A stretch of DNA of 64,000 nucleotides from Azolla caroliniana (GCA_043228905.1 JBHGNT010000003.1:10106001-10170000), one strand, 5' to 3'. Counted from the stretch's first letter, positions 11,238-23,737 are shown. The notes: generated by a model from the letters alone, not told the origin. Program-made: numbers and translations.

Positions 11238-14200
11238 TCGGCACAGTGAACTCGAGTTGGATTCCCTTCATCAAACAGTACTCCTCGAACTACCCTCGGT
11301 ATTCTCCTCCGTTGTCCATTCGAACCGCCTTCAGCTTCCGGCCGGTTTCTCTTTCCACTCTCGCATGGAGCTCCTTGAAGACGGATAGCACCTAATCCTT
11401 CGTCTTCAACGGTGAGACCCATAGCTTCCGGTTGTGGTCATCTATGAATGTCACGAAGTACTGTAATCTGGCATGTGACTTCGTGTCCACTTAACACACA
11501 TCGGTATGCACCTGCTCTAGTGGTGCATTTCGTCTCATCGGTGGTCTCGACCAAAAGGAGGTTCGGTTTTGCTTGCCGGCCAAGCAATCGGTGCTCTTCT
11601 CAAGGTGTACATCTTTCACCTCCAGAATGAGGTTGTCTTTAGCATGTCTTCTCATCCCCTTCTAGTTCATATGACACAACCTCTTGTGCCACAGCTTGAC
11701 AGGAACTCACGCTCCCTATGCGCAACGCTCAGCCACAACCGAGCTTAGTATCAAACACAATAAACGGGGAATGAATACACGATGCAAAGGAGAGAAAAGA
11801 GTACACCGTGCAAAACCCAAACTAGGAAAAAACCACGGTAGCCCACAGGCTGCAAACTATCACTATATCATAAATGTATAGTAGTAGAGCACCGAGGCAA
11901 CGACCTCGAGCTTGCTATCTTCGCCACAGGCAACGGTTACAACAGAGGCAACGACCTCTTCCTCTCTCTCACTCTCTCTATACACAGTTACACGCTCTAA
12001 TCTTGCGCAAACAAGAATGACAACAACTACTATAACTAATGTTTGCCCTAAGTCATATTTATACTAATATGACTTTTCGGCTATTTACAAATATAGCCAC
12101 GATGGACTCTCAGAAACATATTTACGAATATGTCCCTTCATCCGGTGAGCACTTCTCACCGGATCTTCACCATCCGACTCTTGTCGGGTACTCGTCATCC
12201 CGTTCTCACCGGGTCCTCCGTAGCGGGGTACTCGTCATCCGGCGCTTGCCGGGTACACCACATCCGGTTCTCACCGGGTCTTCCGTTGTCGGGTGCTTGT
12301 CATCCGGTTCTCACCGGGTCTTCCGTAGCCGGGTACATCTCATCCGGTTCTCACCGGGTCTTCCCATCCGGAGGGACCTGTTTCCTAACAAACTCCCCCT
12401 TCACTCCGGCATGGGATGTCTTACTAGTCCAATCCGCTTCCGGCATGCATCCAGCTTGTCGGGTATCAGTACTTTGGTCAGCATATCTGACCCATTCTTG
12501 GTCGTGTGGATCTTCGTCAGTGCGAACTCCTGGTCATCTACTCTTTCCCGGATCCAATGATACCTTCGCTGAATATGCTTCGTCCCGGAATGGTAGGCCG
12601 CGTTCTTAGCAAGGTGGATGGCACTTGGACTGTCGCAATAGAGCCGGTATTCATCTTGTCAAATACCGAGCTCTCCAATGAAGTCCTTCATCCATAATAT
12701 TTCCTTGTCGTCTTCCACAACCGCCATGTACTCCGCCTCCGTGGTTGACAATGCAACCGTCTTCTACAGCCTTGACTGCCACGAAATAGCTCCCCCTACA
12801 TATGTCATTACATACCCGGATGTAGACCGGCTGGTATCCACATCACCCAACATCATCCAAAACTTCTTGGGTAGTTTTGCATGCCCTAGCATGCTCCGGA
12901 CCCTCTCCGTTATGGTCTGGTTCATCCTCTCGGCCAGCCCATTTAGTTCTGGTGTCTTCGGCATGGTAAATTTGAGTCGGATTCCCTTCGAGCGACAGTA
13001 CTCCTCGAACTGCCCCCGGTATTCACCTCTGTTATCTGCTTGAACCGCCTTCAGCTTCTGACCGGTTTCTCTTTCCACTCTCGCGTGGAGCTCTTTGAAG
13101 ACGGATAGCACCTGATCCTTCGTCTTCAACGGTGTGGCCCACAGCTTCCGGCTGTGGTCATCTATGGATGTCACGAAGCACTACGATCCTGCATGTGACT
13201 TCGTGTCCACTTGACACACATCAGTATGCACCAACTCTAGTGGTGCATTACGTCTAATCGGTGGCCTTGGTCGGAAGGAGGTCCGGTTTTGCTTACCGGC
13301 CAGACAATCAGTGCACTTCTCCAAGTGCACGTTCTTCACTGGAATGAGGTTGTCGTCTACAAGCCTCTTCATCCCCTTCTCGCTCATGTGACATAGCCTT
13401 TTGTGCCATAGCTCACCGGCAGTGTTGGATGCCACGTTCACTTCCTCCGAACATAACCGGTCATTCATCAGGTATAGTGTGTTTACCTTCCGGGCCCTAG
13501 CCACAATCAGGCTCCCTTTGCTGAACTTCATAACCATTCCGGATGCTACCCGTGTAGCCTTCATCATCTAGCCGACCGACTAATATCAGGTTCAAACGAA
13601 CCTCCGGAACGTGTCCGACATCCTTCACCAACATCTTGCATCCGGTTGGTGTTGTCAACCACACGTCTCCTATGCCGACAATTCGGCATGTACCTTCATT
13701 CCCCATCCGGACACAGCCGTGATCACCAGCTGAGTAGGATGAGAAGCGTTTCTGGTCCGGGGTAAGGTGGAACGACGCTCTGGAGTCGACCACCCAGGTC
13801 ATCTCGTCGCCGGCAAGGTTTAGCTCACTCTCCTCGGTGATGAGCATCAACTCTTCTTCACTTGCCACGATTTCCGTCAATCCCTTCCGTTCCGGCCCCC
13901 TTTGGTCTTTACCGTTCCGGTCAGGTGTCCGCTTCGAATCGGTACCGTCGGTTTCCTTGTCTTTTCGGAAATGCCGACAGTTTTTCTGGAAGTGTCCCAG
14001 CTTGCCGCAATAAAAGCAAGTAGGCCTCCCCCTTGACTTTGACCGTGTCCCCGACTTTTCCCGGTTCTGGGGACTACGGTTCCTTTGTCTTCCCCGTTCC
14101 GATTCGGTAAGGAGTGCTTTGGAGTCGGAGCTCGTATCCTTATCTTTCCGACGCGCCTCCTCATCTAGCAAGCTCGACTTCACTCTTGTTAGGGATAACC

Positions 14201-17200
14201 GTTTCCCTTCTGGCCCGGCGTTGCCCAAAGTGACAACCAACGTCTCCCAGCTATCTAGGAGGGAGTCGGGCAGGAGTAGCGCTAGTACCTCATCCGCGAG
14301 AGGTACTTCCAATGATGTTGCTTGGTGTATCAGCCCCTAGAAGGCATTCATGTGCTCCGCCATGCTGGAGCCATCTTGGTACTAGAGTCTTACTAGCTTC
14401 CGGAATACCGAAACCTGGTTAACAACATTTTTGTTCTGAAACATAATGCTGATCTTCTCCCAGAGCTCATGAGCCTTGCTCTCTTCATTGAAGTTGTTGT
14501 ATAGGCTCATGTCGATGAAACACCGTATGTAGGCCGTTGTCTTCATGTGCATCACCTCCCATATCGTGGCGTCGATTTTGGCCTGTCTCTTGTCCCCGAA
14601 CTAAACCGGCAACCAAAGATCTTTGAGCACGAGCATGTCCCTCATCTTCGACTTCCACACGGAATAGTTGGAGCCGGTGAGCTTGAACATGCCTCCCAAT
14701 GATTCGTCCATTTTCTGTGTCGTTTCTCTCTGATACCACTTTGACAGGAACTCACACTCCCTATGCGCAACGCTCGGCCACAACCGAGCTTAGAATCAAA
14801 CACAGTAAACAGGGAATAAATACACGACGCAAAGGAGAGAGAAGAGTACACAAGATGTTTACGTGGAAAACCCAAACTAGGGAAAAACCACGGCAGCCCA
14901 CAGACTGCAAACTATCACTATATCATAAATGTACAATAAGAGAGCACCGAGGCAACGACCTCGAGCTTGCTATCTTCGCCACAGGCGGCGGTTACAACAG
15001 AGGCAACGACCTCTTCCTCTCTCTCACTCTCTTTGTACACAGTTACGCGCTCTAATCTTGCGCAAACAAGAATGACAACAACTACCATAACTAATGTTTG
15101 CCCTAAGTCATATTTATACTAATATGACTTTTCGGCTATTTACAAATATAGCCACGATGGACTCTCAGAAACATATTTACGAATATGTCCCTTCATCCGG
15201 TGAGCACTTCTCACCGGGTCTTCACCATCCGGCTCTTGCCGGGTACTCGTCATCCGGTTCTCACCGGGTCCTCCGTAGCCGGGTACTCATCACCCGGCGC
15301 TTGCCAGGTACACCACATCCGGTTCTCACCGGGTCTTCCGTAGCCGGGTACACCTCATCCCGTTCTCACTGGGTCTTCCCATCCGGAGGGACCTGTTTCC
15401 TAACACAGCTCACCGGTAGTGTCGGATGCTACATTCACTTCTTCCCGGCATATCTGGGCCTGCATCAGGTACAACGTGTTGATCTTCCAGGCGCGAGCCA
15501 CAATTAGGCTTCCTTCTCTGCATTTCATGACTCCGTACCGGATGCTACCCATGTAGCCTTCATCATCTAGCCGACCGGCTAATATCAAGTTCAGTCGAAC
15601 CTCTGGAACGTATCAGACATCCTTCAGCAACAACTTACATCCGGTTGATGTCATCAACAACACATCTCCTATGCCGACAATTTGGCAGGTCCCTGCATTC
15701 CCCATCCGGACACAACCATGATCATCGATTGTGTAGAATGAGAAGCACCTCTAGTCCGTTGTCAGATAAAACGACGCTCCGGAATCGACAACCCACATTG
15801 TCTCGTTGTTGACAAGGTTTAACTCATTCTCCTCGGTAATGAGCATCAGTTCTTCTTCACTTGTCGCAATCGCCGACGCTCCTTTCCGATCCGGGCCTCT
15901 CCGGTCTGAACTCTTCTTCGAATCGGTGGTGCCGGTTTCTTTCTCTTTCTGGAAATGTTGGCGTTCTTCTAGAAGTGCCCTAGCTTCCCACAGTAGAAGC
16001 AAGCATGCCTCCCCCTTGACTTCGACCTTGTCCCCGACTTGTCCTGGTTTTGGGGACTCCAATACCGGCCTCTTCCCCGGTTGTGGTCATCTTCCGTAAC
16101 TAAGGCCTTCGGATCGGTTCCGGACTCCTGGTCCTTTCGGCGAGCTTCTTCATCTAGCAAGCTTGATTTTACCCTTGTTAGGGACAACTGCTTTCCTTCC
16201 GGCCTGGCGTTGCCCAAGGTGACAACTAGCGTCTCCCAACTATCCAGGAGAAATCCGAGCAGGAGTAATGCGAGTACCTCATCGAAGAGAGGTACTTCCA
16301 ACGAGGTTTCCTAGTGGATCAATCCCTGGAAGGCATTCATGTGCTCCGCCATACTAGAGCAGTCCTGGTACCGGAGCCTCACTAGCTTCCAGAATACGGA
16401 AACCCGATTAACAGCATTCTTGTTCTGGAACATGATGTCAATCTTCTCCCAAAGTTCATGAGCCTTACTTTCTTCACTGAAGTTGTTGTACAGACTCATG
16501 TCGATGAACCACCGGATGTATGTCGTCTTCTTCATGTGCATCACCTCCCACACTGTGGCGTTGATCTTATCCGGTCTCTTGTCCCCGAACTGATCCGGCA
16601 ACCAAAGATCTTTAACCACCAGCATATCCCTCATCTTCAGCTTCCACACCGAGTAGTTGGAGGCAGTGAGCTTGAACATGCCGCCAAACAATTCTTCCAT
16701 TTCCTGTGTTGTTGACTCTGATACCAGTTTTTGAACAATAGCGCGGAATACTGCTCGACTACACCCGAGTCTTTAGATCACTTCATTTCGGGATCAAACA
16801 CAGAAATGGGAATAGAGATGAATACTCGTATACCAAAAGAAACTACATAGGATGTTTACATGGAAAACCCTAATAGGGAAAAACCACAGGAGCCCACAAA
16901 CTCCAAACCATCAATATATGATAAAGGTACAATCAGAAACTCGGAGGCAATGACCTTGAGCTCGATTTTTTCGCCAAGCAGCGGTTACAACAGAGTATAT
17001 CGCTCTGTATCTCCTCCCTCTCTCTATCTGTTACTCTCTATACAACAGTTATACACATACAACAATATCAACCATGTAAAGTGATTACCCTAAGTCATAT
17101 TTATATTTATATGAACTTAGGGCTATTTACAAATATAGCCTCAATAGGCTTACTCAAAACATATTTACAAATATGTCTTCTCTTCCGGTTCTCACCGGGT

Positions 17201-17292
17201 TCATCCCATCCGGTTTTTAGATCTCTTCCGGTTCTCACCGGGTCCTCTTCATTCATAAACGGATCCCATCCGGAGGGACTGACTTCCCAACA
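11238..17292 (-). mobile_element. Older Copia (Tork-like), 3'-truncated in integrase by the Gypsy LTR; 5' LTR ~16730-17292; hosts Copia #3
   Basis: Minus-strand PBS TGGTATCAGAG at 16716-16726; gag ORFs 16311-16700, 15969-16301, 15751-16062; INT fragments 11238-11691 continue across the CAGCT TSD. Confidence 0.85.
11697..15405 (-). mobile_element. Copia #3 with both LTRs (3' 11697-12390, 5' 14742-15405) and an internal deletion of INT C-terminus and RT
   Basis: 5-bp TSD CAGCT (11692-11696 / 15406-15410); PBS tRNA-iMet ~14728-14738; PPT 12391-12402; deletion junction ~12850. Confidence 0.93.
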
Positions 17293-18484
17293 TCATCGAG
17301 GCGGGTTTTTCATTGTGTGGAATGGCTTCGACTTATCTTCCGATGATCATCACATCTTGCATCATCTCCTTCCATAGGGAAAAGTTTTTGCCGTCGAATT
17401 TTCTGATTTCAACTCCTGTTCCGGATGTTGAATCCATGTTCTTCTTCGAAAGTGAGATTTTACTGACCTAGTCTTTTTTTTCATTCAACTTTTTCTGTTT
17501 TTTGTTGTTGTCGAACCGCAAGTCGCTCTGATACTAGTTGTAGATCGATTATGCGGGGAAACATGTGTGTGTGTGTGTGTGTGTGTGTATGGACCTGTTG
17601 TGTGTGTTCATCAAACAACACAGAATGGAGGCAAGAAGATACAATAGAAGAGAGACATGGTTTAAGCTTTAATGGACGCTCGGCTATTACGTTCGTTCTC
17701 TCTCTCTCTGAGATTCGATGTACAAGATGATCAAGAAGTCTTTCTATACAACGTTTTCGTGAAGATTTTCGTCCACGAGCGGAAACCCGAGCAACGAGAG
17801 CCAAAGAGCATTGTGCAACGTTGCACACGTACATAATGTATTTGTAATAATAATAGGGGTAAAGGGTATGGTGCTAGAAATGCCCATAAGATCCCTAAGG
17901 TATAAAGGCGATGTGGTCTTGTGCGCACATCCACGCGAGAGAGAGAGAGAGAGGTACTATGCGGTACATAGGTACCTAGTTGTTTGTGAGGAGGTGGGAG
18001 TAAAGGGGCCATCAATCTCACCCTCCCCAAATCAAGGCAAATATCCCCTTTGAATGAAAGGGGATATTTTAGTCTCACTTTGTAAACGGTCTTCCCTCCT
18101 TGTGCTATAAAAGGAGAGGGAAGGCACCATTGTAAGGGTTGCCTATTTTGAGTGTGCGAGGTATACCACATAGGTCGAGCGTTAGGGTTAGGGTTTCTTT
18201 GTCTTTTCTTCATCTTCGTCGGTTAGGGTTTCGAGTAGTCGTTTGGTGCGGCCTACGCGGCCACCGTTTTGTAATCATTCATTTCGTTTTAATATATCTT
18301 GTTGACAATCTTGTCTCCATCTTCCTCTTGTTCGATCTAATCTCCTGTTCATTCTTCTTCTTCTTGAGAAAAGCTTCTATTCCATGTGTGATTCCTTCTC
18401 CTCTACTCCTTAGTCCAAGACCCCCATGGTCCCACCCTTCTCCACGCACGCGCGTAGCAACGCGACATATTTGGTGAACCCGAC

Positions 18485-20347
18485 GTGAAGAGGCGGCAAG
18501 GGAGGAAGGAGATGGAAGCCGGAGACATCGCGGAAGTAATTACAAGAATGGCAAGGGATTTCGCAAGAAGGAGAGAAAGATGGGAAGAGGCGTACAAGTA
18601 CGATCGACGCGAGTTCGATCTATGGGTGTCATCGGCAAAGGCTCCTCGAAGCGCAATGAAGGCATTCCGGGAGTTCGATCTCCGGTTTTCCCAACTTTCG
18701 GTCCGGGATCAAGAATCGGTGGGGGTGAACAAGGTCCCACTATTCTTGAAGTCAGTCAATGAAAGGGGGAGAATGGCCATTTTTCCCTACCTCGAAGACG
18801 ATGAAGGGGCGTACGGTCTCACCGAAGATTGGAATGAGGTGGAATGGGCGTGCATACGATGCGATGAGAGGCGGTCGGCCACAACGCGGCCCGCGAGCGG
18901 CGGAGAAGAGAGAGCGGCGACCGACTACACACTACCGCCGGAAGAGAGCTCAACGCAAATCAGTTTGGACGAGCTCGACATCGAAGCCTTGGTGCGGGAA
19001 GCGTACGAGATCGTAGAGGCACAAATCGAAGCCGAAGAAGGGCTTATTGTGGAGTCGGGCCCGAGCGGATCGGAGGATGAGGAGGCCGAAAGAGAATGGT
19101 ACATCGGTACCACGGGAGAGGGTGCGGAGCGAGCCACCCTCTCGACATGCGGAGAAAGATCGACCGAGGACGAGGTCAGGGACGGTGAGGCGGCGATCGC
19201 CGATTCGAGCGGACATGAGGGAGTTCAGGCATGGAGGCCCGAAACATCGAGCGGGGAGGAGACAAGCGGCGGTGCCGCGACCTTACACACACCGGCCCTA
19301 GAGGCACCGGCGGTCGGCCCGATTGCCGGCGTGAGACCTAGAGCGACGGGCGGCGGCGGCGGCAAGGCGGGCAACCGAGACAACGGTAAGGAGACCGTGG
19401 AAGAGGAGGCGGCAAGCATAATTGATGCTTGCGTATACGGAGGCGGGGTAGCCACGGACGACGATGTCCGAATGGAGGTGGCTACGGACATAGCATCAAC
19501 GAGCGGCGGCGTTGCTACCTTACACGCCCCGGTTCAAGAGACCCCGACGGCCGGCCCGAGTGCCCGCGTGAGACCTAGGGTAACGAACGGTGGTGGCGGC
19601 AAGGCAAGCGACCACGGCGACGATGTGGGAGAGGGTGCAGAGCGAGCGACCCTCTCGACTTGTGGAAAGAGGACGGCCATGGATGAGGCCGATATCTACG
19701 AAGCAATGGACGCCACTTCGAGAGTGGGCGAAAGTTTTGGGACGCGGTTGCCCGAAACGTTCTACGAGGATTTCGCGAGCATACTCGAGGCTTGCGAAAT
19801 CGAGGAAGAAGAGGAGACGAGCGGCGGTGCCGCGACCTTCCACACACCGGTCCTAGAGACTCCGGCAACCGGCCCGAGAGCCGGTGTGAGACCTAGAGAG
19901 ACAGACGGTGGCGGCGGCAAGGCGGGCAACCGAGACGACGAAGAGGAGGTTTGTAGCGGACGGAGGCGAGACCCCTCGACACCGGGGCCGGAGACTTCGG
20001 CGGTTGCGCCCGAGCGCGGACATAAGACCGGAGAGATGGGCGGTGGCCGTAAGGATGAGAGGCCCGGAGTGGACACGTGCGAAAAGGCCGAAGGAGAGGT
20101 TCGGAGCAGCATCGAGGAGCGTGTGGGGAACCGACCCGACCGAAAGATGAGCCGGTCGGTAATCCGACCCGACCGGGAGGCGGAGCGGAAGAAGGGTGAA
20201 GCGGGGTCCGGTCAACCGGGCCCAAACCGAAGAAGACGGATTTGCGCGGACAAACATGTACCGGCCGGTTACGATTACGGAAGGGAGCCAACCAAACCGG
20301 AACTCGATCGTCCGAGACCGATCCGGGCGAAGGCTAAGTCGGCATGA
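18485..20347 (+). CDS. Gag-like N-terminus fused to an acidic, internally repeated low-complexity region (620 aa as listed)
   Basis: Open frame right after the PBS; helical gag-like segment FREFDLRFSQLS...LTEDWNEVEWAC; three copies of a TSGGxATLHxP...GGGGKA repeat. Confidence 0.6.
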   Translation: MKRRQGRKEMEAGDIAEVITRMARDFARRRERWEEAYKYDRREFDLWVSSAKAPRSAMKAFREFDLRFSQLSVRDQESVGVNKVPLFLKSVNERGRMAIFPYLEDDEGAYGLTEDWNEVEWACIRCDERRSATTRPASGGEERAATDYTLPPEESSTQISLDELDIEALVREAYEIVEAQIEAEEGLIVESGPSGSEDEEAEREWYIGTTGEGAERATLSTCGERSTEDEVRDGEAAIADSSGHEGVQAWRPETSSGEETSGGAATLHTPALEAPAVGPIAGVRPRATGGGGGKAGNRDNGKETVEEEAASIIDACVYGGGVATDDDVRMEVATDIASTSGGVATLHAPVQETPTAGPSARVRPRVTNGGGGKASDHGDDVGEGAERATLSTCGKRTAMDEADIYEAMDATSRVGESFGTRLPETFYEDFASILEACEIEEEEETSGGAATFHTPVLETPATGPRAGVRPRETDGGGGKAGNRDDEEEVCSGRRRDPSTPGPETSAVAPERGHKTGEMGGGRKDERPGVDTCEKAEGEVRSSIEERVGNRPDRKMSRSVIRPDREAERKKGEAGSGQPGPNRRRRICADKHVPAGYDYGREPTKPELDRPRPIRAKAKSA

Positions 20348-21146
20348 TTGGAGATCGGGGAGGACGGGTCACAACACGCGACGAGAGCCGGTGAGCGTAT
20401 TGAGGAGGCCTAGTGGGCACGGTGATCGCGGCTTGCTAGAAGACCGAGAGCGAGAGGGACCTTCCACACCCATTCTAGAGACTTCGGCGGTTGAGGATCA
20501 ACATGAGACCGGAGAGACGGCGGGTGGCGGCGAGGAGTCGGCGGCCGAAGCGGACAAAGTTATCGGAGCGGGTATTCGGTATGAGATGATGGACGAGCGG
20601 GTCCAAGATGGCGAGCCCGGGTCGGAACGGGCTACGGTGACAAAGGAAGAAGTGGCCGACGCGGAGGTCGGGTCTACGGCGGATGAAGGGCGTAACACGA
20701 AGCATGCATTACGGTCGGTGAAGGGCCCAAGAACGAGCATGCATCCGAGAGAGCGTCAACGAGTGACCGGAAACGGTGGACCGATTGAGCCTTTGAGAGG
20801 CGAGAACTCGGTGATGGACCGAGAGTGGGAGGAACCCTCCACACCTACCCGTGAGGCATCGGTGTTCGCGGATAGAAAGGAGAACGAAGAAACGGTGGGT
20901 GGTGGCGAGGAGTTAGAGACCGACGCGAAGGTCGGGTCTACGGCGGAAGCGCGACATGAGATGCATGCAATACGGCCGGTGGAGGGCCAAGACACAAGCA
21001 TGCATACGGCGGATGGGCGACAACGATTGACCGACGATGACGTTCGGGTCAAGCCTTCGAGAGGCAAGTGCGGGACGAAGGACGGCGCGGTGAAACACCA
21101 AGACCGACGACATGGGCCGAGCGCGATCGGCATGAGCGGAGAGTAA
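20196..21146 (+). CDS. Second acidic low-complexity ORF of the non-autonomous element (function unknown)
   Basis: 316-aa open frame with an internal duplication (REREGPSTP / REWEEPSTP; DAEVGSTA / DAKVGSTA). Confidence 0.35.
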   Translation: MKRGPVNRAQTEEDGFARTNMYRPVTITEGSQPNRNSIVRDRSGRRLSRHDWRSGRTGHNTRREPVSVLRRPSGHGDRGLLEDREREGPSTPILETSAVEDQHETGETAGGGEESAAEADKVIGAGIRYEMMDERVQDGEPGSERATVTKEEVADAEVGSTADEGRNTKHALRSVKGPRTSMHPRERQRVTGNGGPIEPLRGENSVMDREWEEPSTPTREASVFADRKENEETVGGGEELETDAKVGSTAEARHEMHAIRPVEGQDTSMHTADGRQRLTDDDVRVKPSRGKCGTKDGAVKHQDRRHGPSAIGMSGE

Positions 21147-23123
21147 AGTCTTGAGAACCGAAGAAGGTGCGTGTAGAGCAACGGGCTACGCGCCGGGAAG
21201 AGGAAGCGCGGCTTCCCGGAGGGCATGCAAGGCCAAGCGGGCCAAGAGGGCGCAAGTCGAGGCGAAGTGGTAACGAGAGCCTCGAGGGACACCGACACGG
21301 AGGTCGGGATGACAGTACGCTCTACCGCGAGAGAGCACGGCGAACAACGGGGAAATCCTACGGAAGGCAAGGGCGGAGCGGTGAGAATCGGCACGCCGAG
21401 GTGTGCGGCACACAAAGGGCGAAATCCGGCATGTGACCGGGAGCGCATTCGGAGGATATACGAGACGGACAAAGGAAGAGCAACCGGGTCGGCGACGGCG
21501 TTCGGGAGGACCGAACGGGGAGGAAAGCACGGGCATCGGATACGGCGGGTCGGATGTAGTCGGTGGTTCAAGGACCCATGGTGGACGTGGCGGATCGGGT
21601 GGAGGAAACGATTCGGCGAACATTGTCGAGTGTGGCGGATCGGATGGTGCCGACGGTTCGAGACCATTCGGCGAGGATGGTGGACCGGAAGGCGACGGTG
21701 GTTCGTGTGGACGGGGTGGTCTTGCTCGAAGTGGAGGACAAAACCGGGCGGGCCCAAGAGGGCGCTAAGGACTCGGCCGGTCGTCGTGGCCAAAAATCTC
21801 GTGTTCTCTCCCCTATGTTTTGGCACATACTGGTGGATGTGCGGTTAGGTGGGGGCGGATGTCGTGAAGATTTTCGTCCACAAGCGGAAACCCGAGCAAC
21901 GAGAGCCAAAGAGCATTGTGCAACGTTGCACACGTACATAATGTATTTGTAATAATAATAGGGGTAAAGGGTATGGTGCTAGAATTGCCCATAAGATCCC
22001 TAAGGTATAAAGGCGATGTGGTCTTGTGCGCACATCCACGCGAGAGAGAGAGAGAGGTACTATGCGGTACATAGGTACCTAGTTGTTTGTGAGGAGGTGG
22101 GAGTAAAGGGGCCATCAATCTCACCCTCCCCAAGTCAAGGCAAATATCCCCTTTGAATGAAAGGGGATATTTTAGTCTCACTTTGTAAACGGTCTTCCCT
22201 CCTTGTGCTATAAAAGGAGAGGGAATGCACCATTGTAAGGGTTGCCTATTTTGAGTGTGCGAGGTATACCACATAGGTCGAGCGTTAGGGTTAGGGTTAG
22301 GGTTTCTTTGTCTTTTCTTCATCTTCGTCGGTTAGGGTTTCGAGTAGTCGTTTGGTGCGGCCTACGCGGCCACCGTTTTGTAATCGTTCATTTCGTTTTA
22401 ATATATCTTGTTGACAATCTTGTCTCCATCTTCCTCTTGTTCGATCTAATCTCCTGTTCATTCTTCTTCTTCTTGAGCAAAGTTTCTATTCCATGTCCGA
22501 TTCCTTCTCCTCTACTCCTTAGTCCAAGACCCCCGTGGTCCCGCCCTTCTCCACGCACGCGCGTAGCAACGCGACAACGTTAGGTTATTGCTTCTATACT
22601 AAGCCCTAACTCTTTGGACAAGTTCACACTAGGATACAAGGTGGAAGGAGTCGGCCTTTTATGCCAACAGAAGATACACTTATGAACAATAATAAAATGG
22701 GGGATGATAACAAGAGTGTAGATAAAGACCTTTCTCTCTATTAATAAGATCATCAACCTACAAAAATACCCACAATGAGGTATATATACAACTCATGTGC
22801 AAGGGTGCACATGTGTGAGTAGAATATATGTACAAGGATGTAAGTCCTATATTAAATATACTTGGTAGTGGAGGATCTAGAATGTATGCCCACTTACGTT
22901 CAAGTACAAGATCCTATTTAAGAGTTTAAGGTCAACACTTCTAACTAGATTCTAGTTATGTAACTACTAAGCTACATGGTTGACTAAATAACTAAACCTA
23001 GTTGAGCGTGATATCTAAACATCATACTTCACCGAATGTCGGCCTCCGAGTTGGTTTCCAACTCTTCCTCAATCGGTTCGGATGGAGATGAGTCGAGTTC
23101 ATACCATGATGCATTTAAAGACA

Positions 23124-23427
23124 ACTTAAAGGTATTTGGCTCCATTGCATTCATACACATTCCCGATGTGAAAAGGCAAAAGCTGGATCTAGAAAAATGC
23201 ATTCTCATGGGTTACTCACTTGAGCAAAAGGGGTACAAGTGTTTCAACCCTTCTACCCGAAAGGTTCATGTTTTTTTTCACAAGAACCTTTCGGGTAGAA
23301 GGGTTGAAACACTTGTACCCCTTTTGCTCAAGTGAGTAACCCATGACAATGCATTTTTCTGGATCCAGTTTTTGTCTTTTCTCATCGGGAATGTGTATGA
23401 ATACAATGGAGTCAAATACATTTAAGT
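23124..23427. repeat. Fold-back inverted duplication of a Copia integrase fragment (~144-bp arms, 16-nt spacer)
   Basis: 23124-23267 is the reverse complement of 23284-23427; encodes LKVFGSIAFIHIPD...KGYKCFNPSTRK. Minus-strand INT continues to ~23735. Confidence 0.9.
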
Positions 23428-23737
23428 AGGATACGTCTAGCTTCCTTCCATAATATTTCTCATGTGGATTAACTTCATGTACACCAGATGTTGTGCATCA
23501 ATTCATCAAGTAGACGACCGTACATGCCACTTCGGCCCAACATTACTTCCGCATATGCTTCTCATTCATCATGGCACGTGCTACCTCAAGTATGTGCCAA
23601 TTCTTCCTTTCAGAGACTCCATTTTGTTGCGGTGTGTGCTGACATGTAAACTCTCGCCATATTCCTTCTTTTTGGAGGTATGCAATTCACATACTCCATT
23701 AATTCCCTTTTCTTTGAACGTTGTCGCTTTTTGCTTA

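Larger units (their letters stand above)
17756..22576 (+). mobile_element. Non-autonomous Gypsy-type element with near-identical LTRs (17756-18467; 21860-22576), tRNA-Trp PBS and no pol
   Basis: TSD ACGTT (17751-17755 / 22577-22581); PBS TGGTGAACCCGACGTGA 18472-18488; PPT AGGTGGGGGCGGA. LTR start resembles the 10640 LTR. Confidence 0.92.
17293..22668 (-). mobile_element. Copia 5' fragment: LTR ~17538-22668 (split by a Gypsy insertion), degenerate PBS, short gag start
   Basis: GCTCTGATACTA at ~17525-17536 (rc of iMet PBS with one mismatch). The rejoined LTR halves resemble the LTR at ~58640-58900. Confidence 0.7.

Noticed and set aside
12039-12609. ORFs across Copia LTRs (also 47209-47770 and 3945-4446)
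   Set aside because: Artefacts of stop-free tandem repeats in the LTR.
20756-21952. Multiple overlapping ORFs on both strands
   Set aside because: Expected from GC-rich low-complexity sequence; no domains recognised.
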